A stretch of 64,000 bases of DNA, taken from Paludibacteraceae bacterium (GTDB taxonomy: Bacteria > Bacteroidota > Bacteroidia > Bacteroidales > Paludibacteraceae). The notes beneath the pieces were generated by a model. That model was not told the DNA's origin. It was given only the letters and a program-made list of their open reading frames with translations, and made no database searches. Of this stretch, positions 27,865 to 36,888 are shown piece after piece. Position 1 is the stretch's first letter. Each line of letters opens with the position of its first letter. The stretch covers positions 273,256 through 337,255 of the forward strand of contig JARLGW010000011.1 of NCBI GenBank assembly GCA_031292565.1. Direction: 5' to 3'. Both the position numbers and the translations under genes were made by a program.

Positions 27865-29481
27865 ATGAAAAAAGTATTATTTTTTATTATATTATTTGTG
27901 CCAATAATAGTGGGTGCACAAACACCTTATGTCTCCAAGGTTTGGGTGGCCGACAACGGCGACGGTACTTACAAAAACCCCATCCTCTATGCCGACTATT
28001 CCGACCCTGACGCGTGCCGTGTGGGCGACGATTACTATATGGTTTCCTCTAGTTTCAACTGCATACCCGGCTTGCCTATCCTGCATTCCAACGATTTGGT
28101 AAACTGGCAGGTGGTAGGTTACGCTTTGAAAAAGCAAACACCCGAATCAGTGTATAACCGCATTCAGCATGGCAATGGCGTGTGGGCACCATCCATCCGC
28201 TTTCACAACGGCGAATATTACATCTATTGGGGCGACCCTGATTTTGGCCTGTATATGGTAAAGAGCAAAGACCCACGAGGGGAATGGAGCCAGCCCGTGA
28301 TGGTAACAAATGCCAAAGGCTTGGAGGATTGCTGCCCGCTGTGGGATGAGGATGGCAATGCCTATCTGTCTCATGGCTATGTAGGTTCCCGCATCGGTAG
28401 CAAAAGCATACTGGGCATGTTTCGCCTGTCGGCCGACGGTATCAAAACCATTGGCGAAGACAAAATTATTTACGATGGGCACGAGAAGAACCCCACAGTG
28501 GAAGGTACCAAGCTATATAAACGCAACGGGTATTATTATATTTTTGCACCCGCCGGTGGTGTGAAGCCCGGTTGGCAACTCGTGCTTCGCTCCAAAAACA
28601 TTTGGGGGCCTTACGAAGAAAAGATAGTGCTTGCACAAGGTAAAACCAACGTGAACGGGCCTCATCAAGGAGCTTGGGTGGATACCAAAACGGGCGAGGA
28701 CTGGTTTATTCATTTTCAGGATGTGGATGCCTACGGGCGTATCCCGCATTTGGAACCTATGGTGTGGAAAAACGATTGGCCTGTGATAGGCAACGACCCC
28801 GATGGCGATGGCTGCGGCCAACCTGTTGCAACCTACAAGAAGCCCAACGTGGGCAAAACCTACCCGGTGGAAACTCCCGTGGAAAGCGATGAATTTAACT
28901 CGTTGGATTTAGGGCTGCAATGGCAGTGGCATGCCAACCCACAAGCGGTGTGGAGTTACGCCAATTTGCTGAAAGGCTCTTTACGCTTGTATTCCGTGTT
29001 TACCGATAGCGTGAAAAACCTGTGGGACGTACCCAACCTGCTGTTGCAAAAACTGCCTGCGCGGGAATTTACCGCCACCACGAAAGTAACGTTCTCGCCC
29101 GATAAACGCTACACGGGCGAACGGGTTGGCTTCGTGATGATGGGTGAGGATTACGCAATGCTTAGTATTGAAAACACCGCTACCGGATTAAAATTAAATC
29201 AGATAGAGTGCCTCAAGGCAAATAAAGGAACTGCCGAAAAAACGAATGCTTCCGAAACACTTCAGGATGGAACGGTTTACTTGAGAATACAAGTGAAAGA
29301 GGGTGCGGCGTGTAAATTCTTTTACAGCACGGATGGCAAAAACTTTAAATCAATAGGCAGCAGTTTTACTGCTAAACCCGGACGCTGGATAGGTGCCAAA
29401 ATAGGCTTCGTGTGCCAACGCCCCAAATGGTCGAACGACGGCGGATGGGTGGATATTGACTGGTTCCGCGTGGAAAAATAA
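27865..29481 (+). CDS. Glycoside hydrolase family 43 (beta-xylosidase/alpha-L-arabinofuranosidase type) with C-terminal lectin-like domain
   Basis: NPILYADYSDPDACRVGDDYYMVSSSF..PGLPILHSNDLVNW marks the five-bladed propeller N-terminus. A C-terminal beta-sandwich follows. Confidence 0.85.
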   Translation: MKKVLFFIILFVPIIVGAQTPYVSKVWVADNGDGTYKNPILYADYSDPDACRVGDDYYMVSSSFNCIPGLPILHSNDLVNWQVVGYALKKQTPESVYNRIQHGNGVWAPSIRFHNGEYYIYWGDPDFGLYMVKSKDPRGEWSQPVMVTNAKGLEDCCPLWDEDGNAYLSHGYVGSRIGSKSILGMFRLSADGIKTIGEDKIIYDGHEKNPTVEGTKLYKRNGYYYIFAPAGGVKPGWQLVLRSKNIWGPYEEKIVLAQGKTNVNGPHQGAWVDTKTGEDWFIHFQDVDAYGRIPHLEPMVWKNDWPVIGNDPDGDGCGQPVATYKKPNVGKTYPVETPVESDEFNSLDLGLQWQWHANPQAVWSYANLLKGSLRLYSVFTDSVKNLWDVPNLLLQKLPAREFTATTKVTFSPDKRYTGERVGFVMMGEDYAMLSIENTATGLKLNQIECLKANKGTAEKTNASETLQDGTVYLRIQVKEGAACKFFYSTDGKNFKSIGSSFTAKPGRWIGAKIGFVCQRPKWSNDGGWVDIDWFRVEK

Positions 29482-29492
29482 TAGATATTATA

Positions 29493-30212
29493 ATGAGAGA
29501 ATTGGACGATAAATATATAGGATATTCAGTTAAAGAACTGTTGCTGATAATTGAGGACAAAAAGAGTAGCTCAATTGTTGTTTATTCGGCTAAGAAAGAA
29601 CTCGAATCGAGGGAAATTTCGTTCGAAGAAATAGCGCAGGCAAAAGAAGAGCTTGAAAATGAAAGGAGAAGCCAAAATCAGGAAACCCCTGATGAGGACA
29701 TACCTAAGAAAGTTTCAACGTGGTCGTCATTCTTGAACCTCATTCATCGGTCGGAAACGCGAGTGGAGAAAATGACAACAACAATTTACCTGTTGCTGTT
29801 TTTAGTTGTTGCCGTTATTTTGATTGAATTTGCCGAGAACCTGTTGTGTAATGTAATGGATGGTGACATTTTAGTTAAGGCGGTACTTATCATCGGTTGT
29901 CTGTGGCGGTTAGGAATTATTTTTCTTGTTGCATTTTTATTTTATAAAAAAAAGAAACTGGGTTGGATATTGTTTTTGCTATATGCCTCGTATCATTTTT
30001 ATTCATCCTTTTTTGATGTATTCGGCTATCCGTCACAATTGTTTCTTTATATACTCAATATAGTTATGTTGCTGCTGCACGGTGGAATAATGGTACTTAT
30101 GTGTAAAAAAGAGGTTAGAGAGATTTACCGCATAGACAATACTATTCTCTATATAATTTTGGGTTTTGTTGCTTTAGCCTTTATTTCCCGTACCATGTTT
30201 TTAATAATTTAA
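29493..30212 (+). CDS. Hypothetical membrane protein (acidic N-terminal domain plus ~4 TM)
   Basis: 239 aa. It is markedly AT-rich and sits between GH43 and GH28, with 11-nt and 5-nt spacers. No family recognised. Confidence 0.55.
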   Translation: MRELDDKYIGYSVKELLLIIEDKKSSSIVVYSAKKELESREISFEEIAQAKEELENERRSQNQETPDEDIPKKVSTWSSFLNLIHRSETRVEKMTTTIYLLLFLVVAVILIEFAENLLCNVMDGDILVKAVLIIGCLWRLGIIFLVAFLFYKKKKLGWILFLLYASYHFYSSFFDVFGYPSQLFLYILNIVMLLLHGGIMVLMCKKEVREIYRIDNTILYIILGFVALAFISRTMFLII

Positions 30213-30217
30213 TAATT

Positions 30218-31873
30218 ATGAACACACACACATTTCGATTTTTATTTATTCTTTTAGCGTTAGGTTCCTCGTTACTGAGTTCTGCTCAGCAAGCATTGCC
30301 GGATGATTTTTACAAAAATCTTCCTTTTAAAATGGAACCGTTAAGGTCAATCGACTTCCCCAACAACAAGGTAAGCATTACCGATTTTGGAGCCAAAGGA
30401 GATGGCATTTCCGACAACACCGAAGCATTTGCTAAAGCCATTAATGCTGTGTCGGCCAAAGGCGGTGGCACGGTGATAGTACCTATAGGGCAGTGGCTTA
30501 CGGGACCTATCGTGTTTAAAAGTAACATCAACCTGCATGTAGAAAAAGGAGCCTTGATTACCTTTTCTAAAGATAAGAGCAAGTATCCCATTGTAAAAAC
30601 AAATTTTGAAGGGTTGGACACCCGCCGTTGCATGTCGCCCCTCACGGCTCGTGATGTAAAGAATATTGCCATTACAGGCGAGGGAGTACTAGATGGCGGA
30701 GGCGATGCCTGGCGTGCCGTAGGTAAAAACAAAACTACCGAACCCCAGTGGAAGGCACTAATTGCCTCCGGTGGAGTGCTAAATGATCAAGGAAACGTTT
30801 GGTATCCATCCGAAAGCTACAAAAAAGCCATTCCGCTCATTTTTGAGTTAAACGTACCCAAGGTGGCATCAGAGGAAGGTTGGTTGGAAATAAAAGATTT
30901 TCTGCGCCCCGTTATGTTGGATTTTATCCATTGCGAAGACGTGATAATAGACGGTGTTACCTTCCAAAACTCGCCGGCGTGGTGTTTGCACCCGTTTATG
31001 AGTACCAACGTGCAAATACTTAATGTTACCGTTCGCAATCCCTGGTATGCTCAAAACGGCGATGGCATTGATTTGGAATCTTGCAAAAATTCTTTGATAT
31101 ACAATTCCAGTTTCGATGCCGGCGATGATGGTATTTGCATCAAATCGGGTAAAGATGCCGAGGGACGTAAACTGGCCATGCCTACTGAAAATTTAGTAGT
31201 GTACAAATGCGTGGTTTATCATGGTCATGGAGGTTTTGTGGTAGGTAGCGAAATGTCCAGCGGTGTGAAGAACGTGTATGTGGACAATTGCCTGTTTATG
31301 GGTACCGATGCCGGACTTCGTTTTAAAAGTAAACGAGGTAGGGGTGGAGTCGTGGAAAATATTTACATTAGTAATATCAACATGTTGAATATTGAAACGG
31401 ATCCTATTATCTTTGACCTGTTTTACGGTGGAAATCATGGTAAGGGAGCAGTGGCTAATGAGAAGAATCAAGACCATACCTTTAAACCTGTTACAGAGGA
31501 AACACCTGAATTTCGGAATATCTATATTAAAAATATAACCTGCAACGGAGCTTATCGTGCATTGTTTTTCAACGGCTTACCCGAAATGAATGTAAAAAAC
31601 ATCAATTTGGATAACATTGCCGTGACTTCCGAAAATGGAGGTACTCTAGCCGAAAGCGACGGTATTAATTTGCACAATATTACCATCAATGCAGCCCAAG
31701 GCCCGATGCTTACGTTGCACAATGTAAAAAATGTGCTTGTAGATAATGTTTCATCACCCAACCCGCAAAACGATGTGGTGAAAATTGATGGTGAAACATC
31801 TAAAAAAATTACGATGAAAAACATGAAGTTGAAAAAAGAAAACTTGCAGTCAACATTGGAAATTAATAAATAA
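30218..31873 (+). CDS. Glycoside hydrolase family 28 (polygalacturonase/exo-galacturonosidase)
   Basis: GH28 catalytic blocks NGDGIDLESCKN, GDDGICIKSGKD, GHGGFVVGSE and RFKSKRGRGG are present, with a signal peptide. Confidence 0.9.
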   Translation: MNTHTFRFLFILLALGSSLLSSAQQALPDDFYKNLPFKMEPLRSIDFPNNKVSITDFGAKGDGISDNTEAFAKAINAVSAKGGGTVIVPIGQWLTGPIVFKSNINLHVEKGALITFSKDKSKYPIVKTNFEGLDTRRCMSPLTARDVKNIAITGEGVLDGGGDAWRAVGKNKTTEPQWKALIASGGVLNDQGNVWYPSESYKKAIPLIFELNVPKVASEEGWLEIKDFLRPVMLDFIHCEDVIIDGVTFQNSPAWCLHPFMSTNVQILNVTVRNPWYAQNGDGIDLESCKNSLIYNSSFDAGDDGICIKSGKDAEGRKLAMPTENLVVYKCVVYHGHGGFVVGSEMSSGVKNVYVDNCLFMGTDAGLRFKSKRGRGGVVENIYISNINMLNIETDPIIFDLFYGGNHGKGAVANEKNQDHTFKPVTEETPEFRNIYIKNITCNGAYRALFFNGLPEMNVKNINLDNIAVTSENGGTLAESDGINLHNITINAAQGPMLTLHNVKNVLVDNVSSPNPQNDVVKIDGETSKKITMKNMKLKKENLQSTLEINK

Positions 31874-31998
31874 GAATACAGAATATGGAATACAGAAATT
31901 AAGAAGAAAAGAAGAAATATACAGACCATTCGCTGTCTTATTTTGAATTTTATACCTTCATAACTTCTGTTTTTATAACTTCAAATTCGAAAATAATT

Positions 31999-33258
31999 AT
32001 GAAAAAAACATTTCTATTTCTCTCCCTATCACTATTGTTGCCGTTGGGTGTATATGCCGGAGATAACGATTTAACTCCCGGTACGTATGCTTATATCACG
32101 GTGGAAAATCCATCCGACTTTGCTCGTAAAGATGTACCCGTGGTATTGAAGATAAGCGACATTACGGCTCAAATAAAAAAATACAACGGACAGCAAATCG
32201 GAATCTTTGACGGAAGCAAAGAAATCTTTTCGCAGTACGACGATTTGGATAAGGATGGCACACCCGATGAAGTGGCTTTCCTAGTGAATTTGAAAGCCAA
32301 AGGAAAAGAAAAACTATTGGTACGCACGTTGCCACAAAATTTCAAACGTCCTAACTTCGAGAAAGAAGTATATGCCGAAATGGTGAAACGGGTAAAGATA
32401 GACAACCGGGAAACACATGAAATGGTAACCGAGGAATCGTCGGATAAAGACGACATGTACAACCAGATGTACCATCACGGGGTGGCTTTTGAAACCAACC
32501 TGGTTGCATACCGTTTGTACTTTGATAAAAAACAAACCGTGGACGTGTATGGCAAGGTAAAACCACAACTGGAGCTTGCGCAAACACAATGGTACCCAAC
32601 AGAAGATCAGTTGGCACAAGGTTTTGGCGACGATGTGCTGCTTGTAAAAGGCAGTGTAGGCGTGGGGACTTTTAAAGGTTGGGATGGACAAAGTGCATTG
32701 CATTTCGATCAGGTAAGCAAGCGCACCCAACGTATCGTGGCCACTGGGAATCTCCGCAACGTGGTAGAAATTGAAGTGGAAGGATGGCAGTATCAAGGCC
32801 AAAGCATCCATGCTAAAATTCGTTACATTCAGTATGCACGTCATCGCGATTGCGAGGTGCAGGTTTTGTTCGATCCCGATTTCAAGGATAGCTTGATATT
32901 CTGTACCGGTGTGCAAAAACTGCCTGAAGAAAAATTTTATACCGACAAAGCAGGATTGGTAGGTGTGTGGGGTACAGATATGCCTATGACCGAACCTGAA
33001 AAGGCCAAATACGGAAAGCAAACCGTTGGCCTGGGCGTGGTGGTACCAACTCAATATACCAAGCAACAGGCCGAGGATAAGGCAAATCACCTGATGCTGA
33101 TTGGTAATAACAACCAGCCGACGATTACTTATTACCTTACGGCAACAGCCCTGAAGGAAAAGAAAGGATTCAAAAAAGCCGAAGACTTCTTCAAATATTT
33201 AGAGGATTGGAAAAAGAATGTAACCAACCCCGTAACGGTTAGTTTGAGTGATAAATAA
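31999..33258 (+). CDS. DUF4861-like protein (pectin-PUL associated)
   Basis: 419 aa with a signal peptide. Size, context and overall pattern resemble the DUF4861 proteins next to pectinases in Bacteroidota. This call is from memory only. Confidence 0.5.
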   Translation: MKKTFLFLSLSLLLPLGVYAGDNDLTPGTYAYITVENPSDFARKDVPVVLKISDITAQIKKYNGQQIGIFDGSKEIFSQYDDLDKDGTPDEVAFLVNLKAKGKEKLLVRTLPQNFKRPNFEKEVYAEMVKRVKIDNRETHEMVTEESSDKDDMYNQMYHHGVAFETNLVAYRLYFDKKQTVDVYGKVKPQLELAQTQWYPTEDQLAQGFGDDVLLVKGSVGVGTFKGWDGQSALHFDQVSKRTQRIVATGNLRNVVEIEVEGWQYQGQSIHAKIRYIQYARHRDCEVQVLFDPDFKDSLIFCTGVQKLPEEKFYTDKAGLVGVWGTDMPMTEPEKAKYGKQTVGLGVVVPTQYTKQQAEDKANHLMLIGNNNQPTITYYLTATALKEKKGFKKAEDFFKYLEDWKKNVTNPVTVSLSDK

Positions 33259-33266
33259 AAAAATAC

Positions 33267-33302
33267 AAAAGAGCAATTCAAAAACGAATTGCTCTTTTTT
33301 TA
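33267..33302 (+). terminator. Rho-independent terminator ending the pectin cluster
   Basis: AAAAGAGCAATTC-AAAAAC-GAATTGCTCTTTT followed by TTTT. Confidence 0.85.
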
Positions 33303-33416
33303 ACATAAACAGGAGCTGAAAAGTAAAAAAACACCCTATTAGGCGATGCTTTGCTATTTTTTAATTAGATATATTTGTCTATTCTCTCTACTAAGAAAAA
33401 TAATAGACAGATATAT

Positions 33417-34528
33417 ATGTTTAAATTCCTCACCGTTACCCTACTGCTGATTGTTTCCGCAGCAACCATTACAGCGCAGAATTACAGCTTTGGGTACCCA
33501 TCACCCTACAACAATGCTGTTTACACCTGGAATATTCGTTGTTATCAAAATGTAGAGGCAGCCATGAAAGTTCCTGCCGATAGCGTAATGGCTTTGAAAG
33601 TAAATGCCAACACTAAAAATATGCTGGCAATCAAAGAATTCAAAAATCTTAAATATTTGTTTCTCGATGAAGGCTTTGTAGCAGGCGGTTTTTATCTTTC
33701 CAATCAAGCCTTGGAAGCTTTTTTTACGTTGTGTGACCAGTTGCCCCAACTGGAATATCTTTCTATTAACGATGCCAAGTTGATGCCTTTTGTAAAGCAC
33801 CCGGAAAGATTGAAGGGACTTGAAATAACAAAATGCGATTACAACAGCATGCTGGAAGCTTTTCCTCGATTTAATAAGTTGGAAATTTTAATCGTTGCGG
33901 ATAAGATGGTAAAGCTGTTGCCCGACGTTATTGGCAAAATCGAATCATTAAACCAATTGGAACTTTACACCGAAAGCCTTCCCGTGCTACCCGATATAAG
34001 TGGCTTGCAAAACTTATTTGTACTCAGGGCGCAGGTGGGTAAAATAACCAAACTGCATCCATCTTTTGCCTTGCTTAAACAGGTAAAAGATGTGAGCATT
34101 ACAGGTATGGTTAATTTCAAAGTATTTCCTGCCGAAGTATGTGGCATGGAAAAGGTGGAAGAGCTTAAATTGGAATTGAGAGATGCCGTTTCCATCCCCG
34201 ACGATATTGGTGGGTTATCTCAATTGCATGCTTTATATCTGAATGATTGTAATAAAATAAAGGCTCTTCCTAAAACTTTTTCCACCCTATCGTGGAATAT
34301 CTTTACATTAGTGGCGATAGAAACAGCGTGGATGTGTCCCCTCTGTTAGCCATGAAAAATAATATCATATTAAAATTAGTGCGTTGCGATTATGCAACCA
34401 TAGCAAAACAACTTCAGAACGCACAAAGTTTGAAAACGCTAATTGTACCCTCTGATATTTTGCCTTCCGAACTAAAGAAAGTAGAACAATATATTCCATC
34501 CGATAAGATTCAAAAACAAGATTTATAA
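33417..34528 (+). pseudogene. Leucine-rich repeat protein apparently interrupted by a 1-nt frameshift near 34291
   Basis: The frame-0 ORF (signal MFKFLTVTLLLIVSAATITAQ, LRRs) ends ..LPKTFSTLS and then reads junk to a stop at 34349. The overlapping ORF 34292..34528 continues with (V)EYLYISGDRNSVDVSPLL.., which completes the LRR consensus. Confidence 0.55.
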
Positions 34529-34550
34529 ATTTATCAAAAACCAATTAATT

Positions 34551-35192
34551 ATGAAAAAAACTGCTATTTCAATTTTATTTTGCCTGTTTTTGGCAATGGG
34601 CGCGTATGCTCAAGACTGGTCGGTATCTGTTTATTCCACGGGAACCAAGTATCCGGGTTATATTATAAAAACCGATGGTACAAAACAGGAAGGCTATATT
34701 AAAGCCAAAGCTCGTGCCGGCCTGGAAGGCGTAGGTAACAGCAACCAGAATGTGGTTGAATTTTATACTGACCCCAAGGACAAAAAAACAAAAACTGAGT
34801 ACAAACCTGCCGACTTGAAAGAATACAAGATAGCCGACAAGGTATATAGAAGCATGCATTATAGCGGAGGTCTTTCCTCAAAACCACTTAGCTTCGTGTT
34901 GTTAGCTAGTGATGGTCATATTGCCCGATATACATGGTACGATCAGGAAGGTTACATCCACGGGTTGGAACCAACTTATAAAAGCAAAGTTATTTATCAA
35001 AAAGGAGATGATAAACCAGTAGAATTGGCTGACCTTGCTATCGGATTTGCCAAGAAAATAAGTGCTATGGTAAGCGATGATGCCGAACTGGCAGCAAAAG
35101 TAACCAACAAAGAAAAAGGCTATGGAATGTTAGATCTTGAAAAAATCATAGCAGAATATAATGCCTGGTATGAAAAAAATAATGCTAAATAA
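34551..35192 (+). CDS. Secreted hypothetical protein
   Basis: 213 aa with signal MKKTAISILFCLFLAMGAYAQ. Its stop overlaps the next start (TAATG). Confidence 0.6.
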   Translation: MKKTAISILFCLFLAMGAYAQDWSVSVYSTGTKYPGYIIKTDGTKQEGYIKAKARAGLEGVGNSNQNVVEFYTDPKDKKTKTEYKPADLKEYKIADKVYRSMHYSGGLSSKPLSFVLLASDGHIARYTWYDQEGYIHGLEPTYKSKVIYQKGDDKPVELADLAIGFAKKISAMVSDDAELAAKVTNKEKGYGMLDLEKIIAEYNAWYEKNNAK

Positions 35193-36808
35193 TGATGAAG
35201 AGATATTTTAATCTTTTATTAGTTTGTTTACTCACGCAGGCAATCTACTCTCAGGAGCCTATTGTAAAATGGGGTGAACCGGTTGATGAACCGGCCATAA
35301 AAGCAGCTAAGATTCAAAAAATAATGCTGACCGACGAACCCGGAATCTTTTACGTTCACCGAAAAACGGTAGGTTTTGTGGAAGTGCAAGGCAATTGGTT
35401 GGAAAAATACGATCAATCCAATAAGTTCGTTTATTCCAAAGAAATACCTTCAGCCGAAGGCGTATGGGGAAATGGTATTTTGTTTAGAAAAATACTTCCC
35501 CTGCAAGACCGTTTCCTTCTATTCTATTCCGGCTATAATAAAGCAACCAAGGAAAGCTCTTATATAGCCAGAGTAATGTCCTCCAACGGGGATATTGACA
35601 AAACAGACATCAAACTAGAATCCATTACGGCTGAAAAAGGTAGTAATCCCGGTCTGTATGATGTAGCTGTTTCGCCTGACAAAACAAAGCTGTTGCTGTT
35701 AACCACGTTTCCTGAGGCGAAAGAACAAAAAGCAAAATTGCGCCTTCGTGTGTTCGACACGCAAACCATGAAGGAGTTGGGCACCAAGGAAACCGAGTTG
35801 AGCTTTGACAGCAAGAAAGGCTGTGAAACAGACATGCTGGTGGACAACACTGGAAACGCTTACGTTGTAGAGCGATATGTCAGTGATAAAAAGAAGTTTG
35901 AATTTAATCTGTACACCTACAATTTAACATCAGGCGAATGGAAAGAAAATCCGCTTGATATGGGTGAAAAAACAATCAGCGAACAACGTCGCTTTATGTT
36001 TACCCCTTCGGGTGATATTCTCTTTGCAGGCTTCCTTTTCACTAAGGTGGAAATGACTCCCACCGGCTTGTTCTACGTGCGTGTTAATACAAAAACACAG
36101 GCTATTGAAGCCAATGCAAAACCCGGATATGGCGATGTAGCCAAGAAGGAAAAAGAAGATGACTCATTTTCCTATTATAAACTACGCGGTATTGAGACTC
36201 AAGCGAATGGTAATGTTCTTATAATTTCAGAATGGGAAGATGCTACGAATGTGCCATCAGCAGCACCTCAAGGGCCTCAGACTCCAGGACAAATGGCTAG
36301 TCATGGTGGAATGAATTATGATCGTCAATTTAACACTACCGACATTAAGGTGGCTTGTATAAAACCCGATGGTACCCGAGCTTGGATTAGAACTATTGAT
36401 AAAAGAGAAAAATGTACTACTCCCGATAATGATAAAAGATGGGATTCCTTTGTGTATGGGTGTGTAAACGATAGATTATACATATTGTATAACAACACTC
36501 AATTTTTTGGATTGGATCTTACTACCGGTATTCTTAACGGATGGAAAGAAGCGGATGGAAGTGTACACCATCTCAAAGACTTTGAGTCGAAAACACTAGT
36601 TCCAACATTTTTATATGTGGTTGAACCTAATGGCGATTTAATTTTTAGCGATAAAAAGTACGGACTTCCTTTGTATAGCTTCCAAAAAGGAATCTTTTTC
36701 AATATGAATTTGAACACCGCATTTTATTATCCGCTTCCCGATGGAATTTTGATGATGGATGTAATGCCCGACGGTAAAAAATATCAGTTTGGAAAAATCA
36801 ATTTCTAG
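35192..36808 (+). CDS. Secreted hypothetical protein (beta-propeller-like pattern)
   Basis: 538 aa with signal MMKRYFNLLLVCLLTQAIYSQ. It is translationally coupled to the preceding gene. Confidence 0.6.
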   Translation: MMKRYFNLLLVCLLTQAIYSQEPIVKWGEPVDEPAIKAAKIQKIMLTDEPGIFYVHRKTVGFVEVQGNWLEKYDQSNKFVYSKEIPSAEGVWGNGILFRKILPLQDRFLLFYSGYNKATKESSYIARVMSSNGDIDKTDIKLESITAEKGSNPGLYDVAVSPDKTKLLLLTTFPEAKEQKAKLRLRVFDTQTMKELGTKETELSFDSKKGCETDMLVDNTGNAYVVERYVSDKKKFEFNLYTYNLTSGEWKENPLDMGEKTISEQRRFMFTPSGDILFAGFLFTKVEMTPTGLFYVRVNTKTQAIEANAKPGYGDVAKKEKEDDSFSYYKLRGIETQANGNVLIISEWEDATNVPSAAPQGPQTPGQMASHGGMNYDRQFNTTDIKVACIKPDGTRAWIRTIDKREKCTTPDNDKRWDSFVYGCVNDRLYILYNNTQFFGLDLTTGILNGWKEADGSVHHLKDFESKTLVPTFLYVVEPNGDLIFSDKKYGLPLYSFQKGIFFNMNLNTAFYYPLPDGILMMDVMPDGKKYQFGKINF

Positions 36809-36837
36809 TAAATTATGGACAGAAACTTAGCATAAAG

Positions 36838-36870
36838 AAAATAGCCGGAAATTAAATTTCCGGCTATTTT
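36838..36870. terminator. Bidirectional terminator between convergent genes
   Basis: AAAATAGCCGGAAAT-TAA-ATTTCCGGCTATTTTT forms a perfect stem flanked by A and T runs. Confidence 0.8.
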
Positions 36871-36888
36871 TATGTTGTGATAAAAGGC

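Noticed and set aside
32314-33090. A 258-aa ORF antisense to the DUF4861-like gene. Similar long antisense or off-frame ORFs occur at 6448..6984, 20536..21096, 38083..38547, 45011..45397, 30310..30732 and 50227..50652.
   Set aside because: Each is fully embedded in a longer CDS with recognisable family motifs. Their translations are His/Cys/Phe-rich with no domain signatures or signal logic.
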